Below are positions 12,003 through 24,192 of a DNA stretch of 64,000 bases, one piece after another. Position 1 is the stretch's first letter, and each line of letters starts with the position of its first letter. The DNA is from Albugo candida. Taxonomy: Eukaryota. The position numbers and the translations under genes were made by a program. The notes below the pieces were generated by a model. That model was not told where the DNA came from. It made no database searches and worked only from the letters and a program-made list of their open reading frames with translations. The DNA lies in NCBI GenBank assembly GCA_040437565.1, contig JBDOQK010000021.1:434001-498000 (forward strand), in the 5' to 3' direction.

Positions 12003-14729
12003 CCCAGATATCAACACTATACTTATGCAATGAATCGAGATACGTTTCATCAATTTCACGTTTTACTCCGGTAAATACAAAAAAAAATAAGGAGACATAT
12101 ACAAGATATGAAAAGACGAGCGTAGGAGAAACGTCGAAGAGGGAGAGATAAAGATCATAAGAATGCCACGAGTGATGTAAAATTGGCAAGCGCGATAGTA
12201 AGGGTCGATTTGTGAATTTAAACGCTACCTAATAATGAACTAATGACTACCCTTCATGGAATCTTCTTAGAGGGAATCAATTGACTCGCTCAGGTGAAAA
12301 CCTATGACTTGATGTGCAACATCATGTGAGCTCCCAAGGTTCAGGTGAACTCTGGTTTTTACATGTGCTGAAAAAGCGATAGCTACTCAAGAATCCAGTG
12401 AAGGTGTCAAAAGATCACGCCTTTGCTGGATCATTTACGATCACGAATGGGTTGGCGCTGATACAGTGATATTGAGAAACGGCAGTTTTGTAGGAACGAT
12501 CCAATAAATGAAGGGAGAGCGCAACAGGGACTTGTACAGAACATACCGAGCTTGGTCTACATGCATAATTACGTTCATCATTGCTTTTGCAGCACAATTC
12601 ATGTTTACTGTTCTACAGCATGAAATTTACACCTGAGTTATTTTGCTGCAAATGTAACTGAAGTCTGCATCGATTCTTTGAAAAAAAAATATATAGAAGG
12701 TGAGATCCAGGCTCGGTGTTGGTGTAAGTAGCCAATGGGTTTTAGATCAATTTGGTGGATGTGTACGCCCTACGTCTTACACACGCGTTGTTGAAATCAC
12801 GATAATATTAAGTAGACTAGTAGATGATCCAAAGAAAGTCTATATTTTATACCAGCCAAAATTACTTGATATGGTTCTTCTGGTTCTATGGAAAAGAACC
12901 TTTGGGGAATCGAGTGGTAGAGGGGGGAGATAAGAGCGGTAGCGCTCTGATAGAGCTTCTTTTCTGCCATTCGTGAATGGCAGATTGGCATGACCGATTG
13001 GATAAGCATTCAATTCAGCCATGAAGTATCATTCAGTAAGGTTGTCAATACGAAAAATTCGATTGATCAAATGAGAGAGCGGTCATATTAAGTATGCCGA
13101 GAGAAATGGTATGTGGAATTGATGGTGCCTGAAATTCGACGATGTATAGATAGCCTGACGGTCACTGTGGGATGTATGCAAGTAAAATGCACTGTAACAG
13201 GGAATGATCTTGATGGAGTGATCGAAACACTAAACGCGCCTAAAAAGTCGAGAAGAGCGGACTGAATGCAAGTTTACTAGCTATTTGAATGAAAGCCCAG
13301 AAAAAACGCTTATTCGTTGCTCTATTGGTTTGACTCTTCTGATAGGAATCTTGAGTGTGCGTCGACGCCATGAATAAAGCAAGCGTAAAGGTGAGTGATA
13401 AAAATCGAAAGTAAGAGGCTTCACTTGATCTTACTTTATAAAGATACTCTCGGGGTCTATGTAATAGCTTTTTCGTCTGAGACGATAGATTTGAGAACCG
13501 ATCATGTTGATGCTTCAATGCGTAGACTAAAGCCCTAATAGTATGGAAAGTGTTTTGAAACCTTGGTTGCATGCAGATAACATGTGGGCTGATCTTCTCC
13601 ATTCACGTTGATGCTACTTACATTATTCGCAAAGAATTAAGCATAGGTGAGTGGGATGGGTGTTAGAAACAGCATATCATATAAAATAATGATGTATTGA
13701 AACTTGGAGACTCTCACCACAATAAAAAAAACGGATACGACTTTTAATTAACTCCTGTCGCATATTGAAACAGAGGTAATGATGTGGTGGTCACCCGTAG
13801 TCACAATAGATTTTCTTTTAGATTGTTGAACCAGGGGCTAAAACGGGCATAACACCAAAAAGAAAACTATCTAGGGCATTGTGTGAAAGAGCGAAAAGGC
13901 TTATACTTTGTGCACGTAAGTTTTGTGCAAAAGTCGCGTTTTCGTCTAGTGGATGATTGAATCGGCAATCTATGAGATATGGAGAATTGATTAATATCTA
14001 CATAGTTCATTAACTCTTTCTCTCATCGCTCATCACACATCGTAATCTGCAATGCCAGATGGAGAACATTTTGCAAATCAGAAGTTGATGTCAAGTGAGA
14101 ACATGCGTGCGCTTACCAAACATAGATGTGCGAAAATGAAGGATTGGACTTAACTAGGTTGGATCAATTTTGTACTACAAGCAATAAGTCTAAATATATA
14201 AATGACTTAACCTCTTTTCGAGTGCGACCGCACGGCAGAAATATGGTTGGAGCTATTGTCAGCTATGAATGACTTTTTTCGATATCGTCCACTTGGACAA
14301 ACATTTCGTGTTCTATTGTATCGCAATACAGACATCACTAGGAATTGGTTTATATTCAGGTTCTTCGGATGCGACGTAAGTTTTCTTTTGAAGTTTATCC
14401 AGAACCTTTTTATAAGCACCTCGTAGTAGTTTGATTAGATCATTACCAAGATGAATTTGAATGTGTTGATCCTTAGGAGTGTAAAGCAATCTTCTTGATA
14501 AAAAACATGTTCGGCACTTTTGAAGGTAGTGTTAACATCTAGCTAAACTACATATAGCTAAAAAGTGCTGGATTTACTCGATGGTTTGCTCAAGAGTCGA
14601 CGTTCGTTTGCTGGGTGGAGAAGCGTCAAGTAGAAGTGCTTCTTCAACTTTAATCGAAGCTCTAGGTTGGGTGTCTATCTTCAACCTAATATAGAGAACG
14701 ACTATACAAAACGCTCTCCTTATAAAGCT

Positions 14730-15010
14730 TATCATATCCTACAAGCTAGCACATTCTGGGCTGTTGTGCCGTAAGGCAACAGCGATTTAAAACTAACAAT
14801 AACTGGTACAGGCTTTTTTGAAAATACTGTAGCATTAATCGAGGAGCACCCGTATACGAACCCTATAGGTTCCTTTACCAAATAAGATGCGTATAGCGCT
14901 CTGCATTTCATCTGGCTGCGAAATCTGAAACTTTGGAAGCGTTTTGATAAGAACATTGCGTCCCGTGTATATATCTACACCCACACCGACTGCGCAAAAC
15001 CTCCCCTGTA
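14730..15010 (-). pseudogene. Decayed protein-kinase fragment
   Basis: QGRFCAVGVGVDIYTGRNVLIKTLPK resembles kinase subdomains I-II. A frameshifted GT..PE-VLA..GYD-like stretch near 14730-14775 resembles subdomain VIII. No HRD or DFG found. Confidence 0.3.
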
Positions 15011-17197
15011 AACATACATCGGACAAATCAACGCTCCTTTCGACCTCAACTCATACCCTACCTTGTCCAATTTCCTGTTTTTGCAATGCTGTAATACTCA
15101 TTTATGTCACGAAGGACGCCTGTAATCTATCTAAAGCGCAATAAGTACTCGTTTCACCGCTTTTTCTCTCTCTCACAAAGTAACTTCGAATCCTTCTTGT
15201 CGGCTCCGCTCTGACGTTCGTCGTTCATTGGGAGCGGACACTGGAACAGTCTATAAAAAAATGAGACAAACATGTATCTTTTCATTATGCTTTTTAGCTA
15301 TCTGACGCCACTATATCGATATTCTTTGTGTGGCCACGCATTGATTCCATATCGACCATTATTGCGAATGTGACCGCAATGTAATTGGCTTACAAACGTG
15401 CCTGTTCTATCCTGCACTCAATACTCTCTGTGATGTGAAAAGTAAAATTTAAACCTCGATAGCGTTAGACAGTCAGAATCACTTCTTACCCAACTGGACA
15501 AAGAGATCCGAGATATCATTAAAAGGAAGAGTAGTTCATGTCAAATTTTTACTCTGTATGCGGAGACAGAAAGTTATTCGATGGGGGGAACGACATATCG
15601 ATTGACAATGGGAAAGTATGTCGGTGCGATAAACACCGACACACGCACTGCATTAACGTGTGCTTTACCATTCAAAGATCAAGTCATTTGATCACATAAG
15701 GACACTCACTTTTCTGATTGGCATCCGGAAAAATTTCGAAGCCATATGGGATTTTCTGCAAACATCCAATTCCGTTCCAAGTAGAAGAGGAACATTCTCA
15801 GATAGGATTATAAGTGCATCCCTGGCTCCATGCGTTTTTATGACATAGATTGTGACTTGGCCGCGCTGATTCACACATTTGGTTTGTAGTTAGGCTATGA
15901 CACGAATACTTGAGGATGGACAACAGCTTATCAGCAGAGCTCCCGATTTGATTCTTTCATAGGCCGACGATTCAACTAGCAAGACCATGCGAGGAGTAAC
16001 TTGTTTCGCTTGCTTCCAGCAACTGTAGCCTGGAAAGACGTTGGCTATATTTGATAGTGTGAGTTGTTCGATGTCCAATCCACACATCGTTGGCGGATTC
16101 ACCAGCGCCAGCTATACTTTTAATTGTGACATTATCCTCCCCACTATCCCTTTTGTTGACATTACTAGGCCGAGAGCGATAGGACTGAATTGCCCATCCT
16201 GCCGAACCTTCTCTTCTCATCGTCCAAACGCTTTCGGATTACTTTTGTACAGTCTGAACATTTCTAACAACCCGTTTGAGGATTCTTGTTGTATGAGAGA
16301 CATATACAGCACGACCTATTCTAGCATGTAGGCCACAAGGTGTTGCAAGAATCGCTGACCTTCACCGGCATGCAGATACAGACAACGTAATTACATCCAT
16401 CGCTTAGCAGCCGTTCCAATAAAGCCCGGTCGCTATTAGAGTCATCAAGCTAGTTAGCACATTCAATGCGGCCGCAGCATTAGAATGTCGATGGGGTCCT
16501 CACGTTTTCAAAAGCGTTCACATCATTATATTTTACTTGAAATAGCATTTAGGCATGATAGTACACAGCTCATCACCTCACATCATTAGTACGAGTTACT
16601 TGCAAAGCTCGCTTTTGTTTCTTCTAAATTGCTACCCACTTATTGTATAACTTCTCCTTCAAGTGATACTGAAGCCTTGCAATCGTTAGGTTATTTGAAG
16701 GATTGGGGGACTAATATCAGTACAGGATTCATAGAAATGAATGATCTGGGACTGTACCCCTCCATTTCATGCGCGGTATAAGAACGAATAAAATGGAATA
16801 GTGCGTGACAAGCTTTAAAGCTTCAAATTTGTGTGTTCAATTCTCGTGCAGCATGGTCATTTTTACGAGACTTGTATCTAATTCACGGATAGTGTGTGCC
16901 TACTCAATCAAAGTAAAGTTGCGACATCCCAGTTATCGAAACCGATCGGTAGTTCAGTCTGCCAGTACCATTATCTTCATGAGCACTTTCCAATTCACGA
17001 TATACCTTCGAAAATGTTTCGAGACAGACACCTAAATGCCTGAAAGCTATCTTCATTCATAGACAAATGAACTGGAATGCGTTTCAAGGTGCATACACTC
17101 TAGTCTAAATTGCTTGGATGACGCGACCCTAATTTAGTAGCCTATGCCTGATTCGCACGGTAAGTGAAAAAACTGCATCAAGCGATGTAAAAACCTT

Positions 17198-17657
17198 TTT
17201 TTTTTGTTTTCAAGGATTTCATTACACTGTTTATCTGGTTCTTTAACTACCTTCCTTATCCTATCATGAGCCCCTGACCGTGTGAATATAACTTGAGTCT
17301 GACTTCAAACCTAGGGAGACAGATATTTTCCAAGCTTATTGCTTGGGTGGGCTCAAACCGCTGCCCACACTGCCGGGGATCGAACTAACGATCTCCGGCA
17401 GGGGGTCCGTGCGCTCAAGTGCTTAACCNNNNNNNNNNNNNNNNNNNNNNNNNNNNNNNNNNNNNNNNNNNNNNNNNNNNNNNNNNNNNNNNNNNNNNNN
17501 NNNNNNNNNNNNNNNNNNNNNNNNNNNNGATATTTTCCAAGCTTATTGCTTGGGTGGGCTCAAACCGCTGCCCACACTGCCGGGGATCGAACTAACGATC
17601 TCCGGCAGGGGGTCCGTGCGCTCAAGTGCTTAACCGACTGAGCTGGGTACGGAACCC
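17198..17657 (-). mobile_element. tRNA-derived SINE, complete copy (about 250 bp after collapsing the gap duplication)
   Basis: A-box-like CAGCTCAGTCGG, B-box GTTCGATCC, 3' A-rich tail, and a perfect 12-bp TSD TGTAAAAACCTT at 17186-17197 and 17658-17669. Two more copies occur in the window. Confidence 0.85.
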
Positions 17658-17785
17658 TGTAAAAACCTTCTTTGAATTCGTGCAGGACATCCTTGTTTAT
17701 CACTGGCAGAAACAAAGAGCACACGTGTAGCACAAAAAAAGCCCTCAAATCAGAAATATTTGCTAGTTGCAATTATCCTTGGATA

Positions 17786-18967
17786 TTATTTACCGGACGT
17801 CTTAGTGAGCGCGGACCATTTGTTGCTCTTATGAACGTACTTTTCAAGCAAGGAAATGACCTCTTGTTTGAAATCAGTATTTTGTTCTCTGCCATCAGCA
17901 ATTTGTGTATACACTTGATGACGATATAGTCTTTCGCTTGGTTCGATTTCTACCCCTTTTATCATAAGTTCTCTTTGAGCTTTAATTGCGTCTTCTCCTT
18001 TCTTCTTATCTGTTGGTACAACAGAAACTTTCATTGAATCCCAATTGGGTATTTTAGTTGATTCTGGATCCGCCTTTACAACCTCGACGGTATAATACAC
18101 ATCTTCTTCCTTTTTACTCAAACCGGGATGGAACATGAGCATTGTAGCCAGAACGTCGGAAGCGCAGAATTGGATGCCTTTCTCCATTTCTTTTATGAAA
18201 TTTCCTTCCTTTTTGCCTTTTAATAAAAGAATTAGTTCCTCATTCCATTTTGTTTGCCTTTCAATCAGAGCTTTGAAAAGTTCATTGTCTGTCATGTGTT
18301 TGGTAAAAAATTCTACAAGTTTCGGAAAACTCGTTTCGCCCAGACCGCCACGATATATGCTCACCAGGCTAGAAGAAATGTGGATCTTTTTTTCCAGAGC
18401 TATCAAATTCATAAACTTTATAGTGTATTCTGGGTCTCGGAATAGGTTATAATCGGCGACAAAACTTTCAGACCAGCCCCCAGACCAATAAATTTCCAGG
18501 ATATTATCAAATGTAGCTTTCCGCCTCTCTTCTAAGTCACACAAAACCATCGCAAGGCTCCTAAGAAGCGCGAGAATCAATATATAGAACTTCATGTCAA
18601 GATTCATCAGCTCGTCTTCCAGTATCTTATGGGATGTTGCATCAATCTTATCGAAGGGTAAGTTTTTGTTATCCTGAGGCGAATTCGCGCCATTCAGTAT
18701 TGTAAATTGCTCGACGCCTGCCGTTTCAAAAATAAGTTTTATGAAGGCTTTTTTGTCTTCAGTGGGCCACACAAGATTGATTATAACTCCATATCCACAA
18801 ATGACTTCTCGATCGCGAGATTTTGCCATGAGAATTATTGAGAGCATATCGTCAGGTTCACCATCTGTCTCCAGTATGCATTTGCCTTTCTCGCGACATT
18901 CAATGAGAGACATCAGACAAAGTGCCCATATACACAAAAGCTGGAAGTGGATCTTGGAAGGCGCCAT
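17786..18967 (-). CDS. Secreted nucleoside hydrolase-like protein (IU-NH family), 393 aa
   Basis: Intact ORF. The preferred start at 18967 gives the signal-peptide-like MAPSKIHFQLLCIWALCLMSLIEC. NH motifs in order: ILETDGEPDD (DxDxxxDD), GANSP, LALLRSLA (LGPLTNLA), YWSGG (MGG), ADYNLFRDPE (AEFN..DPE), ASDVLA (HDPLA). Confidence 0.85.
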   Translation of the reverse strand: MAPSKIHFQLLCIWALCLMSLIECREKGKCILETDGEPDDMLSIILMAKSRDREVICGYGVIINLVWPTEDKKAFIKLIFETAGVEQFTILNGANSPQDNKNLPFDKIDATSHKILEDELMNLDMKFYILILALLRSLAMVLCDLEERRKATFDNILEIYWSGGWSESFVADYNLFRDPEYTIKFMNLIALEKKIHISSSLVSIYRGGLGETSFPKLVEFFTKHMTDNELFKALIERQTKWNEELILLLKGKKEGNFIKEMEKGIQFCASDVLATMLMFHPGLSKKEEDVYYTVEVVKADPESTKIPNWDSMKVSVVPTDKKKGEDAIKAQRELMIKGVEIEPSERLYRHQVYTQIADGREQNTDFKQEVISLLEKYVHKSNKWSALTKTSGK

Positions 18968-21928
18968 CGGAGACTGTAGAGCTTGAGTTGAGCGTGGGTT
19001 GCGATCTCGATGGCAAAAGTAAAAGTGAATGGAATTACACAAGCACGTATGGGTAAATCTTCCTCGCTTCGTACACGCAATCATTTTTAACGGAATCTAG
19101 GGCATCGGATAGCACGACAGCATTCCAAAAAAAGTCGACGCGATGTGAAAGGTGCGCATGTGACCTCCTAAACTGAATGGTGCGAACTCATCCTGTATTT
19201 TTTGATGCGAATACTCTCAGTATATAATCTATTACTTCTATATATGAACATTTCGCATATTCTCTTGCGATATGACGGGATGGGCAAAACCAGTAGAATG
19301 CAGATATCAGCCTTTTGTTAAAGGTATCGCAATCGAACCTAATATCGTAGCAGAAGATGGATTGTCTGGTGTTGGGACTGTATTCTTTTAGTGCATTTGC
19401 AACTCTTTTGTCTTTGACAAATTATTCATCCACTCATCATCTCAACCCGGTTATGTAGTCTCAAAGTTCCCGCTGTACTTCTCCCTGCCATTTGTGAAAA
19501 CGCTATCCCAAGAACGCATCTCATCTACAGCGGGTCCTTGTGCATCCATGGCAGCGTCCAATATCTGATTGGTACTTGTCGTCGTAACATGTAAGAATTC
19601 CCTTGAGGATATTCGTATCTTCATCAAAACTCTTAAATTGTATGAGCTAGTTGTTTCCTGCGTGAGTTTTCCCGCCGATATTTGCGCATTCTGTCGCACT
19701 GATGCGTTGACCAGGATGCATATTACTGTATAGAATTGCTTCGATGTATTGCTTATATGTATCTTGCTTTGTACTCATAAATACGCGCTTCATTATCCTG
19801 TGCAACGTGGCGTCTTGCTTGCATTCAATCCTAGCCAATAGCTTAAATCATGTACAATGTATGAAGTTCTTAACGCGGTCTACATGAGCAAAGTCCCATG
19901 TATAGTTTTAAAGAAATTCAGCGTCCATGACTATGGAGGAAGCAACAATACAATAGACCTCACACACTGCTTCCTTTAAACGACAATAATGAATTACTCG
20001 ATCCAAAGTTGTACTACACGAGCTAAGAACTCGCATAGTTCACGTAAATAATACTTGGAGCTGTTTTCTAACAAATCTTCGAAGTCAGTTTTTTTTTGGA
20101 AAATTGCAAAATGAGAATTTCAAGGATAGCAGAGCGTGGTGGACAGGTAGTGAGGTGTCATCCACCTGGTGAAAATATTATCTATCGAGTCGCTCCAGAT
20201 CTCTGTCTTGTCCATCCAAATCAGTAATTCGTTAGATAATTGAGCCATATACATTGACGCCAAGTATACAAGGCTTGACTAGTGTCTATATCAGATTTCC
20301 CAATTCTTGTATTCCGAATCACTGCGTTTACTTGTTCGAGTGCTCCATGCGATCTATTTCATAGCTTTCACGTCTGTGCTGACGTTTATGATCACCATAT
20401 TCCTGACGATATCTATGAAGACAATTTTTTCAAGCTCATGCATGCAACGCCATCCAGCTACATTCAGTAACTTCTATGCGTACAGCTGCTGCATTTGCAA
20501 GGAGTATTTTTTCGATCGACATTGGCTTCCATGAGAACTTCTGTATCATATACTACCATTAACGACAGATTACTTGTTCGAACGGTAGGCCGGATCAGCA
20601 GAATAATCTCAAACATTCCTCTTTCGCCAATCTCATCAACTCCGTGATACAATGATATTTTTTTCCGTTTTGTGATTTCTTCAAATCGTCATCGACCACT
20701 TTGAATCTTGAAGCTCCATGTACCAGACCGGCGGCTATCACGACTTACAAACCGAAAGAGACGGACATGTTTTCGTATGTCGTCGATTGGGATACGACAT
20801 ACAGAAGCTCTCTTTATTTCTTTTACATCCCTGAGAAAACTCTGCACACATAAAATGAATTGCACATGAAATGCTTATAGCAGACAAGACTCTCAAATGC
20901 AGCGGACATTGTCATCCAGGTACATCTTGATATATAATGATCAGCATTGTTGTGATTAACACATACTCTGGTATGCTCGATGTTCACGCAAACCCAAAGT
21001 GGTATTTTGATCAGCTATTTTGTATGAGACTTCACTCTGTAAAAGAACCAAGCTTCTTCGCGGAACGACCTCGACGCCACGGAATCGGACCCAAGTAAGT
21101 CTCATTATGCCATTTTGCATGCGTGATATGCTATTCCGTACTTTCATTCCTTCTACGTCAACAACAGATCATGAGATAACGTTTACTGCGCATGACTTGA
21201 GCTAATAACATTTTCTACTGCCATCTATCCGTCAGAAATGGCTGCTTGTTGCAGCTTCTAAGACGGACTCGACGGGTATAAGCAATTGCAGCGTCCGCAA
21301 TAGTTTTCCGTTTTGTCTCAAGTGATGCGTGATTGAGGGCCATATGTATGTGGTGCTCGACTTCGCCTCCCATTGTAGTCGTGCTTTTCCTTGGCTTCGT
21401 GTGCTACACATGTATCTCAATAGACCGTCAATGAGGAGATAAAGCGGTGAGCGAATGCAGTTCGAATTTCAGCATAAGGATGCTATGACGCCTATAATTG
21501 TGTCCGGATTAAATGTATCAGAACAGTTTTTCACTACTACTTTTCTCAAATCCAACAGCGCGTTTGTCAGATTTCAAGACAGTGAAAATCGATCAGTATC
21601 TTCCCTCTCAACATTTCAGAAAAAGCTGGAAATGTTTCGCTCAACCGTTTGCAGTGTCATTTCGATAGCCGGAGTAGCTGGCTGGGTTTGAAACGAACGA
21701 TTAAGAACATATATTTTACGAATAAAGTTCTGATTGGAATCCCCAAATTGCACACCAAGTCGGATGGATCGCATGAAGTCGGAGAGGGAAGAAAGAAGAT
21801 TAGAATGGACCAATGGCTCAGGAGTAGGTCAGATTTTTAAGTTACGTCCTAACAAACTATTTAAAGCCGGAGTAACAGGGATTGTATTAGGGACATAATT
21901 ATGGTAGGCTAAGTTTCTAGCATAGCTG

Positions 21929-22173
21929 CTTTGTCAAGGATTTCATTACACTGTTTATCTGATTCTTTTAACTCCCTTCCTTATCCTATCATGAGCCCCT
22001 GACCGTGTGAATATCACTTAAGTCTGACTTGAAACCTAGGGAGGCAGATATTTTCCAAGCTTATTGCTTGGGTGGTCTCAAACTACTGCCCACACTGCCT
22101 AGGATTAAACTAACGACCTTCGGCAGGGGGTCCGTGCGCTCAAGTGCTTAACCGACTGAGCTGGGTACGGTCC
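21929..22173 (-). mobile_element. tRNA-derived SINE copy 2 (left arm of the inverted pair)
   Basis: Highly similar to 17198-17657. Ends in CCTTGACAAAG with no poly-A; B-box mutated. Confidence 0.85.
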
Positions 22174-22463
22174 AGTCAGCTCCCGGTGCCTACTTAATGG
22201 ACCCTCTGTTACTTTTGCAACTCTTTAACGTTGGGGAGTACCAGCAAGGAACCATCGGAATCTGTTCGAAGGGTATATGGCAACCTCAGACAACTACGGG
22301 ATCCAACCCTACCCCGACGGCACTTCGGCACTTCAACAAGGGCTACTGCACTACCGATTCTTGGCGGCATCATGCTATGGCTGGCTTTGATAGAAGTCAC
22401 GGTACTCATCCCTCACCATTCCTGCCTATCTTGGTTCAAACCCAAGATTAACAAAACTTAACG

Positions 22464-23383
22464 ATGGACCCCTAAAAACCAGTATGTATTAGTCCGGCAC
22501 GCCATATAGTGGACCTCATTGAATCCACCCTGAAGCAGTACCGTCTTGTAGCAAAAATTATCACTGCCAGGGAAAAGGCACTTGCCAAAGTACACAGTGA
22601 CACATCCGCTCTGTTAAGTTAAAGGCCACTCTCCAAGTCTCCAAGCTATTCGAGTCTACTGTAGCTGAGACCTTCCAAGCTTCCTTCGAAGAGCAACTTG
22701 GAAAGAACGAAACGGAATTCTGGTCTATTATATAAAAGGGTACGGGCCTAGAACTTGAAGTCCTCGTTACGGAGCGAAATGCGTTACCGCAGAAAACGCT
22801 ACTGGAGATCAGGACCTTCTATGAGAAGGTTCATGTCCGAGTTGACGCGTCCTTCCCTACGTGGGATGTATCGTTGACTGCCGATTCTGGCAGTCGTGCC
22901 CTAGCTGCTCATGACAACTTAATAGTTAGGGACAGTTTATCATCTGAACTCGACCGGTTAGACTATACTCTTCAGTTATAGCACGTCGCCTGGGAGGAGA
23001 TAGCCGCTGCCAAAGCAGCTAAGATAACTGGTGATGTGGAGCTTGAAGCCAGGACTACTCTCACGGAGTCTGTTCAACAACCTGTCCAACAAAACATACA
23101 GAAAGCTATTGGGCCCTTGAAAGCCCATATTGCACAGCTTCAACAATCATTACAGGGACGCGCCGGCCGACAAGAGGCACCGACCGGCGCCAAATCTACA
23201 AAGCCACAGCAGCAGAAATCAGCCAAAGCCGCTCCAAAAGAAAACGGAAGAGCGGCAGGAGACGGACCCGACTTGTCAAAACAGCGGACCACCACAAAGT
23301 ATTCCGAATCCAGAATGCAGCGGAACCCCGCTCTAAATAAGACCCGATCCAACTCCACAGGTCGGACAAAGCGAACGCACTAG
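22464..23383 (+). pseudogene. Decayed ORF of about 300 codons, helical/coiled-coil with a basic low-complexity C-terminus (retroelement ORF1/gag-like)
   Basis: The frame of 23036-23383 extends upstream to about 22622 with two in-frame stops (22733, 22979), and after a frameshift near 22620 to about 22464. Features include LKAHIAQLQQSL and a K/R/S/T-rich tail. The family assignment is inference only. Confidence 0.5.
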
Positions 23384-23690
23384 CTATTTTCGCTAGCCGT
23401 GCTACTACTATGGTTAGCAGCCATGCTAGAAGGGGTCCACCTCTGCTCAGTTAAGGGTGTTCGCCCGTAGTACTTTTATTTAGACACCGTGCTGTTACTA
23501 CAGTTTGGTGCTTATCTACTCTTTTCTAATCACTAGTATGTAACGCTCTGAAGAGCCCGGTCCAACTCCTGTACAGTTATTATCTGGTGTAGTTGCCAGC
23601 GGTCTTGACACGTCCATATCTTCATTGAGTCGGTTGATATTTACGTGGAGGAATCTTTGCCTCCGCCGAGGGGCCCCATCGCAGCCCTTT

Positions 23691-23764
23691 TGCCCCGCCG
23701 GGATTTGAACCGGGGTACAAATGGTCGGAACACATGTGTACTATCCGCTAGGCCCCCGACGGGG
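23691..23764 (-). pseudogene. Degenerate tRNA-like sequence (Gly/Glu-like); pseudogene or head of a second SINE
   Basis: The minus strand reads CCCCGTC-GGGGGCCTAGCGGATAG...CCCCGGTTCAAATCCCGGCGGGGCA: A-box-like GGCCTAGCGG, B-box GGTTCAAATCC, tRNA-like length, imperfect stems. Confidence 0.55.
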
Positions 23765-24142
23765 TCCATACCCAGCTCAGTCGGTTAAGCACTTGAGCGC
23801 ACGGAACCCTGCCGGAGGTCGTTGATTGGATCCCCGGCAGTGTGGGCAGCGGTTTGAGCCCACCCAAGCAATAAGCTTAGAAAATATCTGCCTCCCTAGG
23901 TTTGAAGTCAGACTTAAGTGATATTCATACGGTCAGGGGCTCATGATAGGATAAGGAAGGTAGTTAAAGAACCAGATAAANNNNNNNNNNNNNNNNNNNN
24001 NNNNNNNNNNNNNNNNNNNNNNNNNNNNNNNNNNNNNNNNNNNNNNNNNNNNNNNNNNNNNNNNNNNNNNNNNNNNNNNNTGATAGGATAAGGAAGGTAG
24101 TTAAAGAACCAGATAAACAGTGTAATGAAATCCTTGACAAAG
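23761..24142 (+). mobile_element. tRNA-derived SINE copy 3 (right arm of the inverted pair; spans an N gap)
   Basis: Reverse complement of 21929-22173; ends in CCTTGACAAAG with no poly-A. Confidence 0.85.
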
Positions 24143-24192
24143 TATAAAGTTGGTGTGTGAGTAACAAAGATTCCCGAATGTTTTCTTCACCA

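Noticed and set aside
18968-19084. Upstream 39-codon extension of the hydrolase ORF
   Set aside because: The ATG at 18967 places the signal peptide at the N-terminus; the extension has no protein-like features.
19400-21850. Short ORFs at 19.4-21.8 kb (also 6.9-9.1, 12-14, 15.6-16.4, 30-32 and 43-44 kb) as exons
   Set aside because: No recognisable motifs or consistent splice pattern. Multi-exon or decayed genes cannot be excluded without RNA-seq.
23548-23600. CTGAAGAG as a hammerhead ribozyme core (expected for a Penelope-like element)
   Set aside because: No downstream stem II plus GAAA was found.
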